From assembly GCA_963805365.1 (NCBI GenBank), contig CAWDTY010000011.1, positions 988,760 through 1,052,759 of the forward strand: a stretch of 64,000 nucleotides of DNA. Reading direction: 5' to 3'. The first letter of the stretch is position 1. Every line of letters begins with the position of its first letter. Below, in pieces: positions 31,365 through 40,307 of this stretch. This DNA comes from an uncultured Chitinophagaceae bacterium (GTDB lineage Bacteria; Bacteroidota; Bacteroidia; Chitinophagales; Chitinophagaceae). Position numbers and translations under genes: made by a program. A model generated the notes under the pieces. It was not told the DNA's origin. It made no database searches and worked only from the letters and a program-made list of their open reading frames with translations.

Positions 31365-32425
31365 ATGAAAAAAGCACTTATTCTATTCCTTCTCATTCCT
31401 GTTTTAGGGTTTTCACAATCAACAAAAAAAGCTGTTAAGGGAGATGATAAAGGTTTTGTAATTACCGGTAACGTTACTGGTTTTGCCGATGGCACAACAG
31501 TTTCATTTTTAAACGAACAAACCAGCCAGCCAGAAAAACAAACAACTATTGAAGGGGGAAAATTTACGGTAAAGGGTAAAATGGATCAACCCGGTTTTAA
31601 AGGTTTGATATTTGGTGATCAACCACCGCTTGTGCCTATGTTTATAGATAATAGCAATATTACTATTACAGGCGATAAAAACTCGATTGATCAGCTACAG
31701 ATAAAAGGTTCTCCATCTCATGCATCTATACACAGAATATTCCAATGAATTAAAACCCTACGATAAAATAGTAGCAGCGGGAGAAAGCATTGATGAAAAA
31801 GCAGCAAACGAAGTAGAAAAAATAAGTAGCTGATTTTGTAAAAAAGCACCACGAATCTTATGTGGCTCCGTTGGCGATTATTCGAATGTTCCAAATGACA
31901 CAGAATGGAACAAAGGCCGAAGAATTGTATAAACTATTGCCCGCGGGAGTGCAGGCAAGCGGTTTGGGTCAATTTGCCAATCAGCAAATACAGGAGTCAA
32001 AAATAAATCCTATTGGATCAACAATTAAAGACTTTTCTCAAAATGATACAACAGGTAAGCCTGTAAACATTTCCTCATTGAGAGGTAAATATGTTTTACT
32101 TGATTTTTGGGCAAGCTGGTGCAGGCCGTGCCGCATGGAAAATCCGAATGTAGTGGCTGCATACAAAAAATATCATGATAAAAATTTCACAGTTCTTGGA
32201 ATTTCCCTTGACCAGGCAAAGCCAGCTTGGTTAAACGCAATACAAATGGATGGGCTCACCTGGAATCATGTAAGTGATTTAAAAGGTTGGAACAACGAAG
32301 TAGCTGCTCTTTTCCAGGTTCGCAGTATTCCCCAAAATTTATTGATTGACCCGAATGGAAAGATCATTGCGAAGAATCTTCGTGGCGAGGTATTAGAAAG
32401 TAAGCTGGAAGAGTTGTTGAAGTAA
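31365..32425 (+). pseudogene. TlpA-like thiol:disulfide oxidoreductase (DUF4369-type N-domain plus thioredoxin fold), with at least 2 frame breaks
   Basis: Signal peptide plus 'FVITGNVTGFADGT' in ORF 31365-31748. The thioredoxin part 'YVLLDFWASWCRPCRMENP' is in ORF 31862-32425. The linker 'ELKPYDKIVAAGESIDEKAANEVEKI' is readable in the third frame. Confidence 0.75.
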
Positions 32426-32521
32426 CCTCCGGTTTTTTTGGAAACGTTTCTTCAGGGCGCCGGTTCGCTACTGCAATAGCCACGTGTTTCACATCGTACA
32501 TCTCACATCGTACATTGTTTA

Positions 32522-33250
32522 TCACATCAACTGTCTCTTATACAACTGCACCGCATTTTCCAAACCAAAATACAAAGCGTCTACGATCAATGCATGGCCA
32601 ATAGAAACTTCTAAAAGGCCCGGAATATTTTGAGCAAAATATTTTAAGTTTTGAAGATCGAGATCGTGGCCGGCATTAATACCTAGTCCCAGTTCGTTCG
32701 CCTTTTTTGCGGCAGCGATATAGGAGGCGATTGCCTCTTCCACGTTGCCCTTTGCATATTTTTTTGCATAACCTTCCGTATACAATTCTATTCTGTCCGT
32801 ACCCGTTTCTTTTGCGCCTTCAACCATGGCAACTTCAGGATCTACAAAGATGGAAACCCTTATCCCTGCTTGTTTAAACACAGAAATTGTTTCAACTAAA
32901 TAGTCCTTGTTTTTGATTGTGTCCCAACCGTGGTCAGAAGTTATTTGCCCTTCAGCATCGGGAACTAATGTAACCTGGTCAGGTTTGTTAGCAAGTACGA
33001 GCTCAACAAATTTTTGCTCTTTTGGGTTGCCTTCAATATTGAATTCGGTTGTGATAATTTTTTTCAATTCGTATACATCTGCGTAACGAATATGCCTTTC
33101 ATCAGGTCTCGGGTGCACCGTAATGCCATCGGCGCCGCAATTTTGTATATCCACAGCAGCCTTTACAACATCAGGATTATTACCACCCCTTGAATTTCGA
33201 AGCGTCGCAATTTTATTAATATTTACTGATAATTTGGTCATTGAATTCAA
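32522..33250 (-). CDS. pdxJ: pyridoxine 5'-phosphate synthase
   Basis: 'LSVNINKIATLRNSRGG', 'ITVHPRPDERHI' and 'VSIGHALI'. Confidence 0.9.
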   Translation of the reverse strand: MNSMTKLSVNINKIATLRNSRGGNNPDVVKAAVDIQNCGADGITVHPRPDERHIRYADVYELKKIITTEFNIEGNPKEQKFVELVLANKPDQVTLVPDAEGQITSDHGWDTIKNKDYLVETISVFKQAGIRVSIFVDPEVAMVEGAKETGTDRIELYTEGYAKKYAKGNVEEAIASYIAAAKKANELGLGINAGHDLDLQNLKYFAQNIPGLLEVSIGHALIVDALYFGLENAVQLYKRQLM

Positions 33251-33409
33251 TATTTAATTTCTAAAACAACCACAAAGTTATTTATGATTTGGCACTTTAG
33301 AATTTTGAATTAATAATTTCCATTTCATCTGCGGAAATAAAAGAGATTTACCTATAATCTTAATCATTTATATTTTTGTAAACAACAGGAAGTAAAGTTT
33401 TTAATCAAT

Positions 33410-33922
33410 ATGGTACAATACAAAACGGTAATAAAAAAATTTGGTGAGAAGGGCGAAAAGTCGGGGTGGCAATATATTGACGTACCGACAGAGATGGCTG
33501 ATAGTCTTAAAAAGAACTACAAAAAATCTTTTCGCGTGAAAGGTTACCTGGATAAACATAAAATTGAAAGAACAAGTTTGTTACCCATGGGTGAAGGTAA
33601 TTTTATCATTCCTATCAATGCCGAGATAAGAAAAGGTTTGGGCAAAAGAAAAGGCGCTATGGTTTTAGTAAAGCTTGAGGAAGATAAACGACCAGTAGAA
33701 CTAAACAGTGAGTTCATGCAATGCCTTGCTGATGAACCGGCGGCTTTGGAATATTTTAATTCCTTAGCTGGCAGCCATAGAAATTATTTTAGCAAATGGA
33801 TTGACAGTGCAAAAACTGAAGAGACAAAAGCGGTACGTATAGCCCGTGCGGTTAATGCATTGGCACGTAAACTTGGTTACCCGGAAATGTTAAGAATGGG
33901 AAAGATCGAAAAACTTGTATAA
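33410..33922 (+). CDS. DUF1905 / YdeI-OmpD-associated family protein
   Basis: 'GWQYIDVP...FRVKGYLD' (DUF1905-like), and a C-terminal 'HRNYFSKWIDSAKTEETKAVRI' that is typical of YdeI. Confidence 0.6.
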   Translation: MVQYKTVIKKFGEKGEKSGWQYIDVPTEMADSLKKNYKKSFRVKGYLDKHKIERTSLLPMGEGNFIIPINAEIRKGLGKRKGAMVLVKLEEDKRPVELNSEFMQCLADEPAALEYFNSLAGSHRNYFSKWIDSAKTEETKAVRIARAVNALARKLGYPEMLRMGKIEKLV

Positions 33923-33964
33923 GGATTTAGGATAAATTACAATCATAATTCAGCTGTAAAAAAC

Positions 33965-34933
33965 ATGAACCGCATCGATCGTTTGGCCGCAATAATGATA
34001 CAGCTTCAATCCCGGCCGCTCGTAAAGGCCCAGGATATTGCTGATAAGTTTTCGATAAGTCTGCGTACAGTTTACCGCGATGTGCATGCTTTAGAAGAAG
34101 CCGGCGTGCCGGTGATAGGCGAAGCCGGAATTGGTTACCGGTTAATGGAAGGTTATAAGCTACCACCTGTCATGTTTAATCCTGATGAAGTGTCCGCTAT
34201 GTTGACTGCTTCCAAACTAATGCAATCAATGAGCGATGAAAAATCATCGAACCATTACATCTCCGCCTTGGATAAAATAAAAGCAGTGCTCAGGCTTGCT
34301 GAGAAAGATCATATAGAAGAAATCAATGAACATGTCGCGGTGGTACCCCATTCCGCGTTTGCTTACGAGAAACCTTCCGAGTTACATCTTCCCAAAATAT
34401 TAAGAGCTATTGCGGGTTCAAAGGTGATAGAGATGAATTACACTTCTATTGAAAAAAGTGAATCCCTTCAACGAAAGGCGGAGCCTGTCGGAATTTATTA
34501 CCAGGGCAGCCATTGGTATTTGATAGCGTTCTGCAGGTTGCGAAACGACTATAGAAATTTTAGAACCGACAAAATTAACAAGTTGGTTTTGACAGATGAG
34601 GGAATAGTCCAAAAACATCCTCCGTTGCAAAGTTTTATTAACCAGGTTACAAAGAAAAAGCACTTACGAAAAGTTGTGATTGACGTAGACATGGACACCA
34701 TAAAATATTTTGGGGAGCAGAAATATTATAATGGATTTGTGAAAGAGGAAGTTGTGGGTGATTATATGCGAATGACATTTTTGAGCGGATCATTAATGGG
34801 ATTTTCGAGATGGTTCATGTTGTTTGGCGATAGGGCTACAATAATAGAGCCCTTGGAGCTAAATGATATGGTCGCTGAAATCGCCGAAAATATTTTGAAA
34901 AAAATTGAAATTAGCCAAATGCTGCTGACATAG
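33965..34933 (+). CDS. YafY-family transcriptional regulator (HTH plus WYL domain)
   Basis: 'MNRIDRLAAIMIQLQSRPLVKAQDIADKFSISLRTVYRDVHALEEAGVPV', and the WYL-region signature 'PVGIYYQGSHWYLIAFCRLRNDYRNFR'. Confidence 0.8.
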   Translation: MNRIDRLAAIMIQLQSRPLVKAQDIADKFSISLRTVYRDVHALEEAGVPVIGEAGIGYRLMEGYKLPPVMFNPDEVSAMLTASKLMQSMSDEKSSNHYISALDKIKAVLRLAEKDHIEEINEHVAVVPHSAFAYEKPSELHLPKILRAIAGSKVIEMNYTSIEKSESLQRKAEPVGIYYQGSHWYLIAFCRLRNDYRNFRTDKINKLVLTDEGIVQKHPPLQSFINQVTKKKHLRKVVIDVDMDTIKYFGEQKYYNGFVKEEVVGDYMRMTFLSGSLMGFSRWFMLFGDRATIIEPLELNDMVAEIAENILKKIEISQMLLT

Positions 34934-34980
34934 GGTTGTCAATAGAGCGTTGTTTCTTTGTAGAAATAAAAATTAATATT

Positions 34981-35478
34981 ATGACATTCATTGAATTTTT
35001 TAAGAAGCAATTTATTGAAGAAGGCGCTACTACACGTAAGATGCTTTCGATAGTTCCCGATGATAAATTTGATTACAAGCCCCATGAAAAAAGCATGGAT
35101 ATAAAAAGGCTTGTAACGCATATTGCTGATCTTCCCGGGTGGATACACATGATTTTTACAACCGATGAGCTTGACTTTGCCAACGCTTACGAACAGCCGG
35201 ATATCAATAATAACAAGCAATTGATGGACTATTTCGAAAAGCGCTATGCAGATGGCTTGTCTACGTTAGTACCGGAAAATGAGGCGCTGCTGGAAAAGCC
35301 CTGGACTTTGAGACATGGCGAAAAAATATTCAGTTCAGATCCTAAAATAGAAGTTATAAGAATGTCTTTGAGCCAGCAAATTCATCATCGTGCGCAACTG
35401 GGCGTTTATTTAAGATTATTGAATATTCCTATTCCCGGCAGTTATGGGCCGAGTGCAGATGAGAATAATTTTATGTGA
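34981..35478 (+). CDS. DinB-family protein
   Basis: Four-helix DinB_2-like pattern ('LVTHIADLPGW', 'QQIHHRAQL'). I chose the start at 'MTFIEFF'. Confidence 0.65.
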   Translation: MTFIEFFKKQFIEEGATTRKMLSIVPDDKFDYKPHEKSMDIKRLVTHIADLPGWIHMIFTTDELDFANAYEQPDINNNKQLMDYFEKRYADGLSTLVPENEALLEKPWTLRHGEKIFSSDPKIEVIRMSLSQQIHHRAQLGVYLRLLNIPIPGSYGPSADENNFM

Positions 35479-35498
35479 TTGATTCCTTGTATTAGCTC

Positions 35499-35550
35499 AA
35501 GCATGATAAATGAACGTTTAATCATTCATTTATCATGCTTTTGTATTTTT
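35499..35550 (+). terminator. strong intrinsic terminator
   Basis: Perfect 16-bp stem AAGCATGATAAATGAA / TTCATTTATCATGCTT (35499-35514 and 35525-35540), then a T-rich tail. Confidence 0.75.
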
Positions 35551-35601
35551 ATGTCTAAATTCATTCATCATCTTTTTCTTTCACTAATTTATTTTATTTA
35601 G

Positions 35602-36960
35602 ATGGCTGAGGCTGTTTTAGAACGAAGGCTAAGTCTTTCACAAGCCACGGCCATCAACATGACCGATATGGTAGGCATTGGGCCTTTCATCACAATGCCC
35701 ATGGTAATTGGCATGATGAATGGCCCTTACTTTTTATATGCCTGGATTGCCGGTGCCTTCTTATCAATAGTCGACGCGATGGTTTGGAGCGAACTGGGAG
35801 CGGCGTTTCCAAAAGCCGGCGGCTCGTATAATTTTTTAAAGGAAGCTTATGGAAAGAAAAGTGCAGGCAAGATGATGAGTTTTTTATTTGTGTGGCAAAC
35901 CATGATACAAGCGCCACTGGTTATCGCTTCGGCTGCGATTGGTTTTGCAAAATATTTTTCTTACCTGGTGGCGCTTACTGATCTTTCAGAAAAAATAGTG
36001 AGTGGGAGCGTGGTTATCCTTATCGTGATCTTGTTGTATAGAAAAATTGATGCCATTGGAAAAATTAGTTTGTTCTTATGGAGCGGCGTTATCACCACTA
36101 TGTTTTGGATCATTGGCGGGGGAATAGCACATGGAAATTTTTTAGCCCCTGTAAGGAATATTAATTCAGGAATTTCGATTGACTATGCGTTTGTAACTGC
36201 CATTGGTTTCGCTAGTGTGAAATCAGTGTATAGTTATTTAGGCTATTATAATATCTGCCACCTCGGGAGCGAGATTAAAAATCCATCAAAAAATATTCCT
36301 CGAAGCATGTTTATTTCTATTGCGGGTATTGCTGTTTTATACATGCTCATGAATATAAGTGTAGTGAGCGTAATACCGTGGTGGGAGGCAAAAGAAAGTG
36401 CATTTGTAGTAAGTGAATTTATGCAACGCCTCGCAGGCGATAACGCCGCAAAGGTTGTTACCTGCTTAATTTTATGGGTTGCTTTTGCTTCGGTATTTTC
36501 AGCTACATTAGGCTATAGCCGTATTCCTTACGCAGCCGCGGCTGATGGAGAGTTCTTTAAGGTTTTTGCAAGGGTACATCCTACAAAAAACTTTCCGCAT
36601 ATTTCCTTACTTTTTCTTGCCTCGCTCGCATTTATTTTTAGCATGCTCTTTAAGCTTAGCGATGTGATAAGTGCTATTCTCGCAATGCGAATTATGATTC
36701 AATTTATCGGGCAGGCAATCGGCTTATTAATATTGAGGCGTAAAAAAACTGAAGTGGTGTTTCCCTACAAGATGCCGCTTTTTCCCATACCGGTAATTCT
36801 TGCGATTGCCATGTGGCTGTTCATTCTCGTATCAACGGGCAGTAAACTTATGCTTGGGGGCATTTTGGTTATTGCGATCGGGTTAGTTGTTTATTTTATT
36901 AAAGCTAAGGTTAATAAAGAATGGCCCTTTGCAAAACCGGAATTTCCGGTTGAAAGTTGA
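35602..36960 (+). CDS. APC-family amino acid permease
   Basis: About 12 hydrophobic segments, with N-terminal 'LSQATAINMTDMVGIGPFIT' and 'SELGAAFPKAGGSY'. Confidence 0.8.
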   Translation: MAEAVLERRLSLSQATAINMTDMVGIGPFITMPMVIGMMNGPYFLYAWIAGAFLSIVDAMVWSELGAAFPKAGGSYNFLKEAYGKKSAGKMMSFLFVWQTMIQAPLVIASAAIGFAKYFSYLVALTDLSEKIVSGSVVILIVILLYRKIDAIGKISLFLWSGVITTMFWIIGGGIAHGNFLAPVRNINSGISIDYAFVTAIGFASVKSVYSYLGYYNICHLGSEIKNPSKNIPRSMFISIAGIAVLYMLMNISVVSVIPWWEAKESAFVVSEFMQRLAGDNAAKVVTCLILWVAFASVFSATLGYSRIPYAAAADGEFFKVFARVHPTKNFPHISLLFLASLAFIFSMLFKLSDVISAILAMRIMIQFIGQAIGLLILRRKKTEVVFPYKMPLFPIPVILAIAMWLFILVSTGSKLMLGGILVIAIGLVVYFIKAKVNKEWPFAKPEFPVES

Positions 36961-36972
36961 AAGTGTGATTAC

Positions 36973-37266
36973 TCAGATTGAAGAATCGGGAAGACGATTC
37001 CTAAGCCTTATAATCTCTTCGTGCATCTTTTCTACTTTATCCAACAAGTGACTGATGGTTTCAAGACCCTCGATATTTATGTCAAAGTCGTAATGTAACC
37101 TGACAAATTTTTCCAGCTTTTTCAGTTCGTCAACATGAATAAATGTTGACCGTTTCACAAATGTTACATTTATTAACCCGGAACTTTCTAGTGAACTTAT
37201 GAATGAGTATTCAATATTGTGGTGCAAACAAAAATCTTTCGCCGGTATTAAATCTTCTGGTTTCAT
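36973..37266 (-). CDS. cbpM: chaperone modulator CbpM-like (MerR-type fold)
   Basis: 97 aa, immediately downstream of the DnaJ-like gene. The sequence includes 'FCLHHNIEYSFISSLESSGLI'. Confidence 0.6.
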   Translation of the reverse strand: MKPEDLIPAKDFCLHHNIEYSFISSLESSGLINVTFVKRSTFIHVDELKKLEKFVRLHYDFDINIEGLETISHLLDKVEKMHEEIIRLRNRLPDSSI

Positions 37267-37282
37267 ATGAAAGAAGTTTTAC

Positions 37283-38188
37283 TTATAGTTTTGAGAGTTG
37301 GGTAAATAATTCTTTTTGCTTCTCTGTTAAATTGGTAGGCAATTTAATATTCCACGTTATGTAAAGGTCTCCAAATTCACCTTCCTTTTTATAAACCGGA
37401 AAGCCTTTTCCTTTGAGCCTCACTTTAGTTCCATTTTGTGTTTCCGGAGTTACTTTCAGTTTTATTTTACCATTTAAAGTTTCAATGGTTTTTTCGCCAC
37501 CTAACAAGGCGGTGTATAAATCAAGGTCTTCATCTTTATAAAGATTATTACCTTCTCGCCTAAAGTTTGTGTTGTTGCTCAAAATAAAAGTTATATAAAG
37601 GTCTCCGTTAGGGCCACCGTTCGCACCCGGGCTGCCATAGTTTTTCAGGCGTATAACCTGGCCATTTTCGACTCCTGCAGGAATTGTTATCCTTACATTT
37701 TTACCATTGATCGTTAGTGTTTGCTTGTGCGTTGTATAGGCATCGTTCAAAGATAAATGCAGTTCTGCATTATAATCCTGTCCGCGAAATTTTGCCTGTT
37801 GCCTTGTCCTTTTAGATCCGCCAAAAAGTGATTCAAAAAAATCAGAAAAGCCGGAGTCATCGCCCGACGAATAAGTGTACTCGCCAAAATCCTGTCCTCC
37901 GAATCCGCCTCCTCCAAAGCCTCCTCGGCCTTGTTGCTGCCTGGCTTTTTCAAATTGATCCGCATGCTTCCAGTCTTTTCCATACTGGTCGTATTTTTTT
38001 CTCTTTTCAGGATCACTTAACACTTCATTTGCTTCATTTATCTGCTGAAATTTTTTATGAGCTTCCTTATCATCAGGATTTACATCCGGGTGATATTTCC
38101 TTGCCAGTTTCCGGTATGCCTTTTTTATATCGGCTTCGGTTGCTGACTTTGCAATTCCAAGTGTTTTATAATAGTCTACAAAATCCAT
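37283..38188 (-). CDS. cbpA: DnaJ-domain curved-DNA-binding protein CbpA
   Basis: J-domain 'DYYKTLGI...[13 protein letters not shown]', a G/F-rich linker, C-terminal substrate-binding repeats, and no zinc finger. Confidence 0.85.
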   Translation of the reverse strand: MDFVDYYKTLGIAKSATEADIKKAYRKLARKYHPDVNPDDKEAHKKFQQINEANEVLSDPEKRKKYDQYGKDWKHADQFEKARQQQGRGGFGGGGFGGQDFGEYTYSSGDDSGFSDFFESLFGGSKRTRQQAKFRGQDYNAELHLSLNDAYTTHKQTLTINGKNVRITIPAGVENGQVIRLKNYGSPGANGGPNGDLYITFILSNNTNFRREGNNLYKDEDLDLYTALLGGEKTIETLNGKIKLKVTPETQNGTKVRLKGKGFPVYKKEGEFGDLYITWNIKLPTNLTEKQKELFTQLSKL

Positions 38189-38330
38189 TTTAGTATTTAA
38201 TTAAATGTAAATCTTCCGATAAAATTAAGAAGTAAAAAAGCAAAACCGGAAATGAAGTTTTGATATTAGATTTTCCCTTACCTGTTTAATGCTTTTATTT
38301 TGCAGAAATTATTTCCATTAAACCCTCTTT

Positions 38331-39131
38331 ATGAAAAAGCTATTTTTTCTTCTCGTGATTTTCGTTTCCTCGTGCAGCATTGCGCCAAGAATAAATGTTA
38401 CGGGCATCCCAGCTTCAAACCTTGTTACTGACGGGAAAATTTTTGCCACAGCATACCAGCAACATGCTGCTGAATACAGGGCATTGTGTTTCCAGGCTTA
38501 TAATATTGCGCATCAAAAGGTTGATGAAATTGTAAAGACAACTACATCTTTGCCCAAGGCAATTATCACTGATATTGATGAAACGGTTTTGAACAATAGT
38601 CCCTATGAGGCGCATCAAACATTGCAGGGTAAGGATTACGAGTCAGCATCATGGAATGAATGGACTGCAATGGCAAAGGCTGATACAGTGCCAGGCGCAT
38701 ATTCCTTTTTGAAATACGCTTCGACTAAAGGCATAGAAATTTTTTATGTTACAAACCGGGGTGAAAACGAAAAGACCGTTACTCTAAAAAATCTTCAGAA
38801 ATTTAACTTCCCCAACGCCGATAATGAACATATTTTTTTAAGAGAAAGTACTTCATCGAAAGAACCCAGGAGAAAGAATATTAAAGCAACTCATTCAGTC
38901 GTGATGTTACTTGGTGATAACCTTGCTGATTTTAGTTTCTTGTTTGATGTTAAAAATCCGGAGGAGCGGACGCAAAATGTAAATGCGGTCTCCTCTGCAT
39001 TTGGAAATAAATTTATTGTGCTCCCCAATATGATCTATGGTGATTGGGAATCTTCTTTATATAATTTTAATTATTCACTCACTCCTTCGCAAAAAGATTC
39101 GGTTATAAGATCGGTATTGATTTCTTATTAA
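38331..39131 (+). CDS. 5'-nucleotidase, lipoprotein e(P4) family (class C acid phosphatase)
   Basis: Lipobox 'VSSC', plus 'ITDIDETVLNNSPY', 'VTNR' and 'GDNLADF'. Confidence 0.8.
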   Translation: MKKLFFLLVIFVSSCSIAPRINVTGIPASNLVTDGKIFATAYQQHAAEYRALCFQAYNIAHQKVDEIVKTTTSLPKAIITDIDETVLNNSPYEAHQTLQGKDYESASWNEWTAMAKADTVPGAYSFLKYASTKGIEIFYVTNRGENEKTVTLKNLQKFNFPNADNEHIFLRESTSSKEPRRKNIKATHSVVMLLGDNLADFSFLFDVKNPEERTQNVNAVSSAFGNKFIVLPNMIYGDWESSLYNFNYSLTPSQKDSVIRSVLISY

Positions 39132-39170
39132 TTATTACCGGAGAAATTCTGATAACCAATTTTTGTTTTA

Positions 39171-39536
39171 TCACTGTTTAGAAACCCATTCTTTGGCTAA
39201 TGCTAAATCTATTGTTTTAAACCCTTTCGTTTCTCCGGGAATTAATTTACCAAAGACATCAGTGAATTTTTTTATTCCATCACTTGGAGAAACAATCGCC
39301 AGCTTACGCCACTTAGTAAAATGTTTTAATCCCAACAATGCATCGTCAATCCATGCGCCTGCAGAATAATTTGACAGCGGTGTTTCTATTACAAGCAGGT
39401 AATTTATTTTCCCGAAAGCTTTTGCAATACTGTCCACATGTGGATAAATTATTTTTTGGTAATCATCACTGGTAACTTTTCCTGTGGCTTTAAAGCCCGC
39501 AACGTAAGCGGGTAAGCCGCTAATTACTTCTATCAT
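39171..39536 (-). CDS. STAS/SpoIIAA-like (DUF3478) protein
   Basis: 121 aa. 'VAGFKATGKVTSDDY' and 'WRKLAIVS' are typical of this family. Confidence 0.6.
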   Translation of the reverse strand: MIEVISGLPAYVAGFKATGKVTSDDYQKIIYPHVDSIAKAFGKINYLLVIETPLSNYSAGAWIDDALLGLKHFTKWRKLAIVSPSDGIKKFTDVFGKLIPGETKGFKTIDLALAKEWVSKQ

Positions 39537-39742
39537 GCAATAATTATTTTAAGAGTTGTTAAGCATACGTAAACATTCAGAAAACTTTCAGTGTAAGGGA
39601 GTAATTGTCCACGGGTTTTAAATTGCAGTGGAATTTTTTCCCCCAAAGTGTTTTTTGTTTCCACTATAAAGATAGCTATTACAATTGTGGGTTGCGCTGG
39701 CATCATTTTAGTTTACCTGTTAATCAAATAAAATAAATAATT

Positions 39743-40213
39743 ATGAGTACAAATGATAAATTAACCGAAGTATTGAATGATCTTATCAGGATAAATAATG
39801 ATAGGGTAGAAGGCTATGAAAATGCCGCGAAAGATATTAAGTCTTTCGATGTTGACCTGCAGGCTATCTTTAATAAGATGGCTGACGATAGCAGAAAATA
39901 TGCAGCAGAGCTTACAAATGAAGTAGAGAGATTAGGAGGAGAACCCGCAACCGGCACTACAGGAAGTGGAAAAATTCACAGGGCATGGATGGATGTGAAA
40001 GCTACATTCTCAGGTAAGGACAGGCAATCAATGCTTGAGTCATGTGAATTTGGAGAAGATGCCGCTCAAAAAGCATATAAACAAGCTCTGGCTTCAGATG
40101 CTGAAATCAGTGCTGATACCAGGAAATTAATCACTGATCAACAATCCGCTTTGAAAACATCACATGATATTATTAAGAAATACAGAGATGCACAAAAAGC
40201 AGTAAATGCTTAG
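39743..40213 (+). CDS. PA2169-family four-helix-bundle (ferritin-like, DUF2383) protein
   Basis: 'LNDLIRINNDRVEGYENA' and 'ESCEFGEDAAQKAYKQAL'. Confidence 0.7.
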   Translation: MSTNDKLTEVLNDLIRINNDRVEGYENAAKDIKSFDVDLQAIFNKMADDSRKYAAELTNEVERLGGEPATGTTGSGKIHRAWMDVKATFSGKDRQSMLESCEFGEDAAQKAYKQALASDAEISADTRKLITDQQSALKTSHDIIKKYRDAQKAVNA

Positions 40214-40250
40214 TGGCAAAGTAGATGTTACGTAATAATATCATCATTTG

Positions 40251-40277
40251 AGCCCGGTGTAATCGCCGGGCTTTTTA
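40251..40277 (+). terminator. intrinsic terminator
   Basis: AGCCCGG...CCGGGCT followed by a T5 run; the stem's closing T is the first T of that run. Confidence 0.65.
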
Positions 40278-40307
40278 TTTGCAAAAGATATTGAGATGAT
40301 ATTTTAG

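Noticed and set aside
32489-32515. Tandem 13-mer TCACATCGTACAT x2 between the TlpA-like gene and pdxJ
   Set aside because: There are only two short copies in a convergent intergenic region, with no associated structure or further repeats. It is most simply a local duplication.
39163-39369. 68-aa plus-strand ORF
   Set aside because: It is antisense to the well-supported STAS/DUF3478 gene (39171-39536), so it is a shadow frame.
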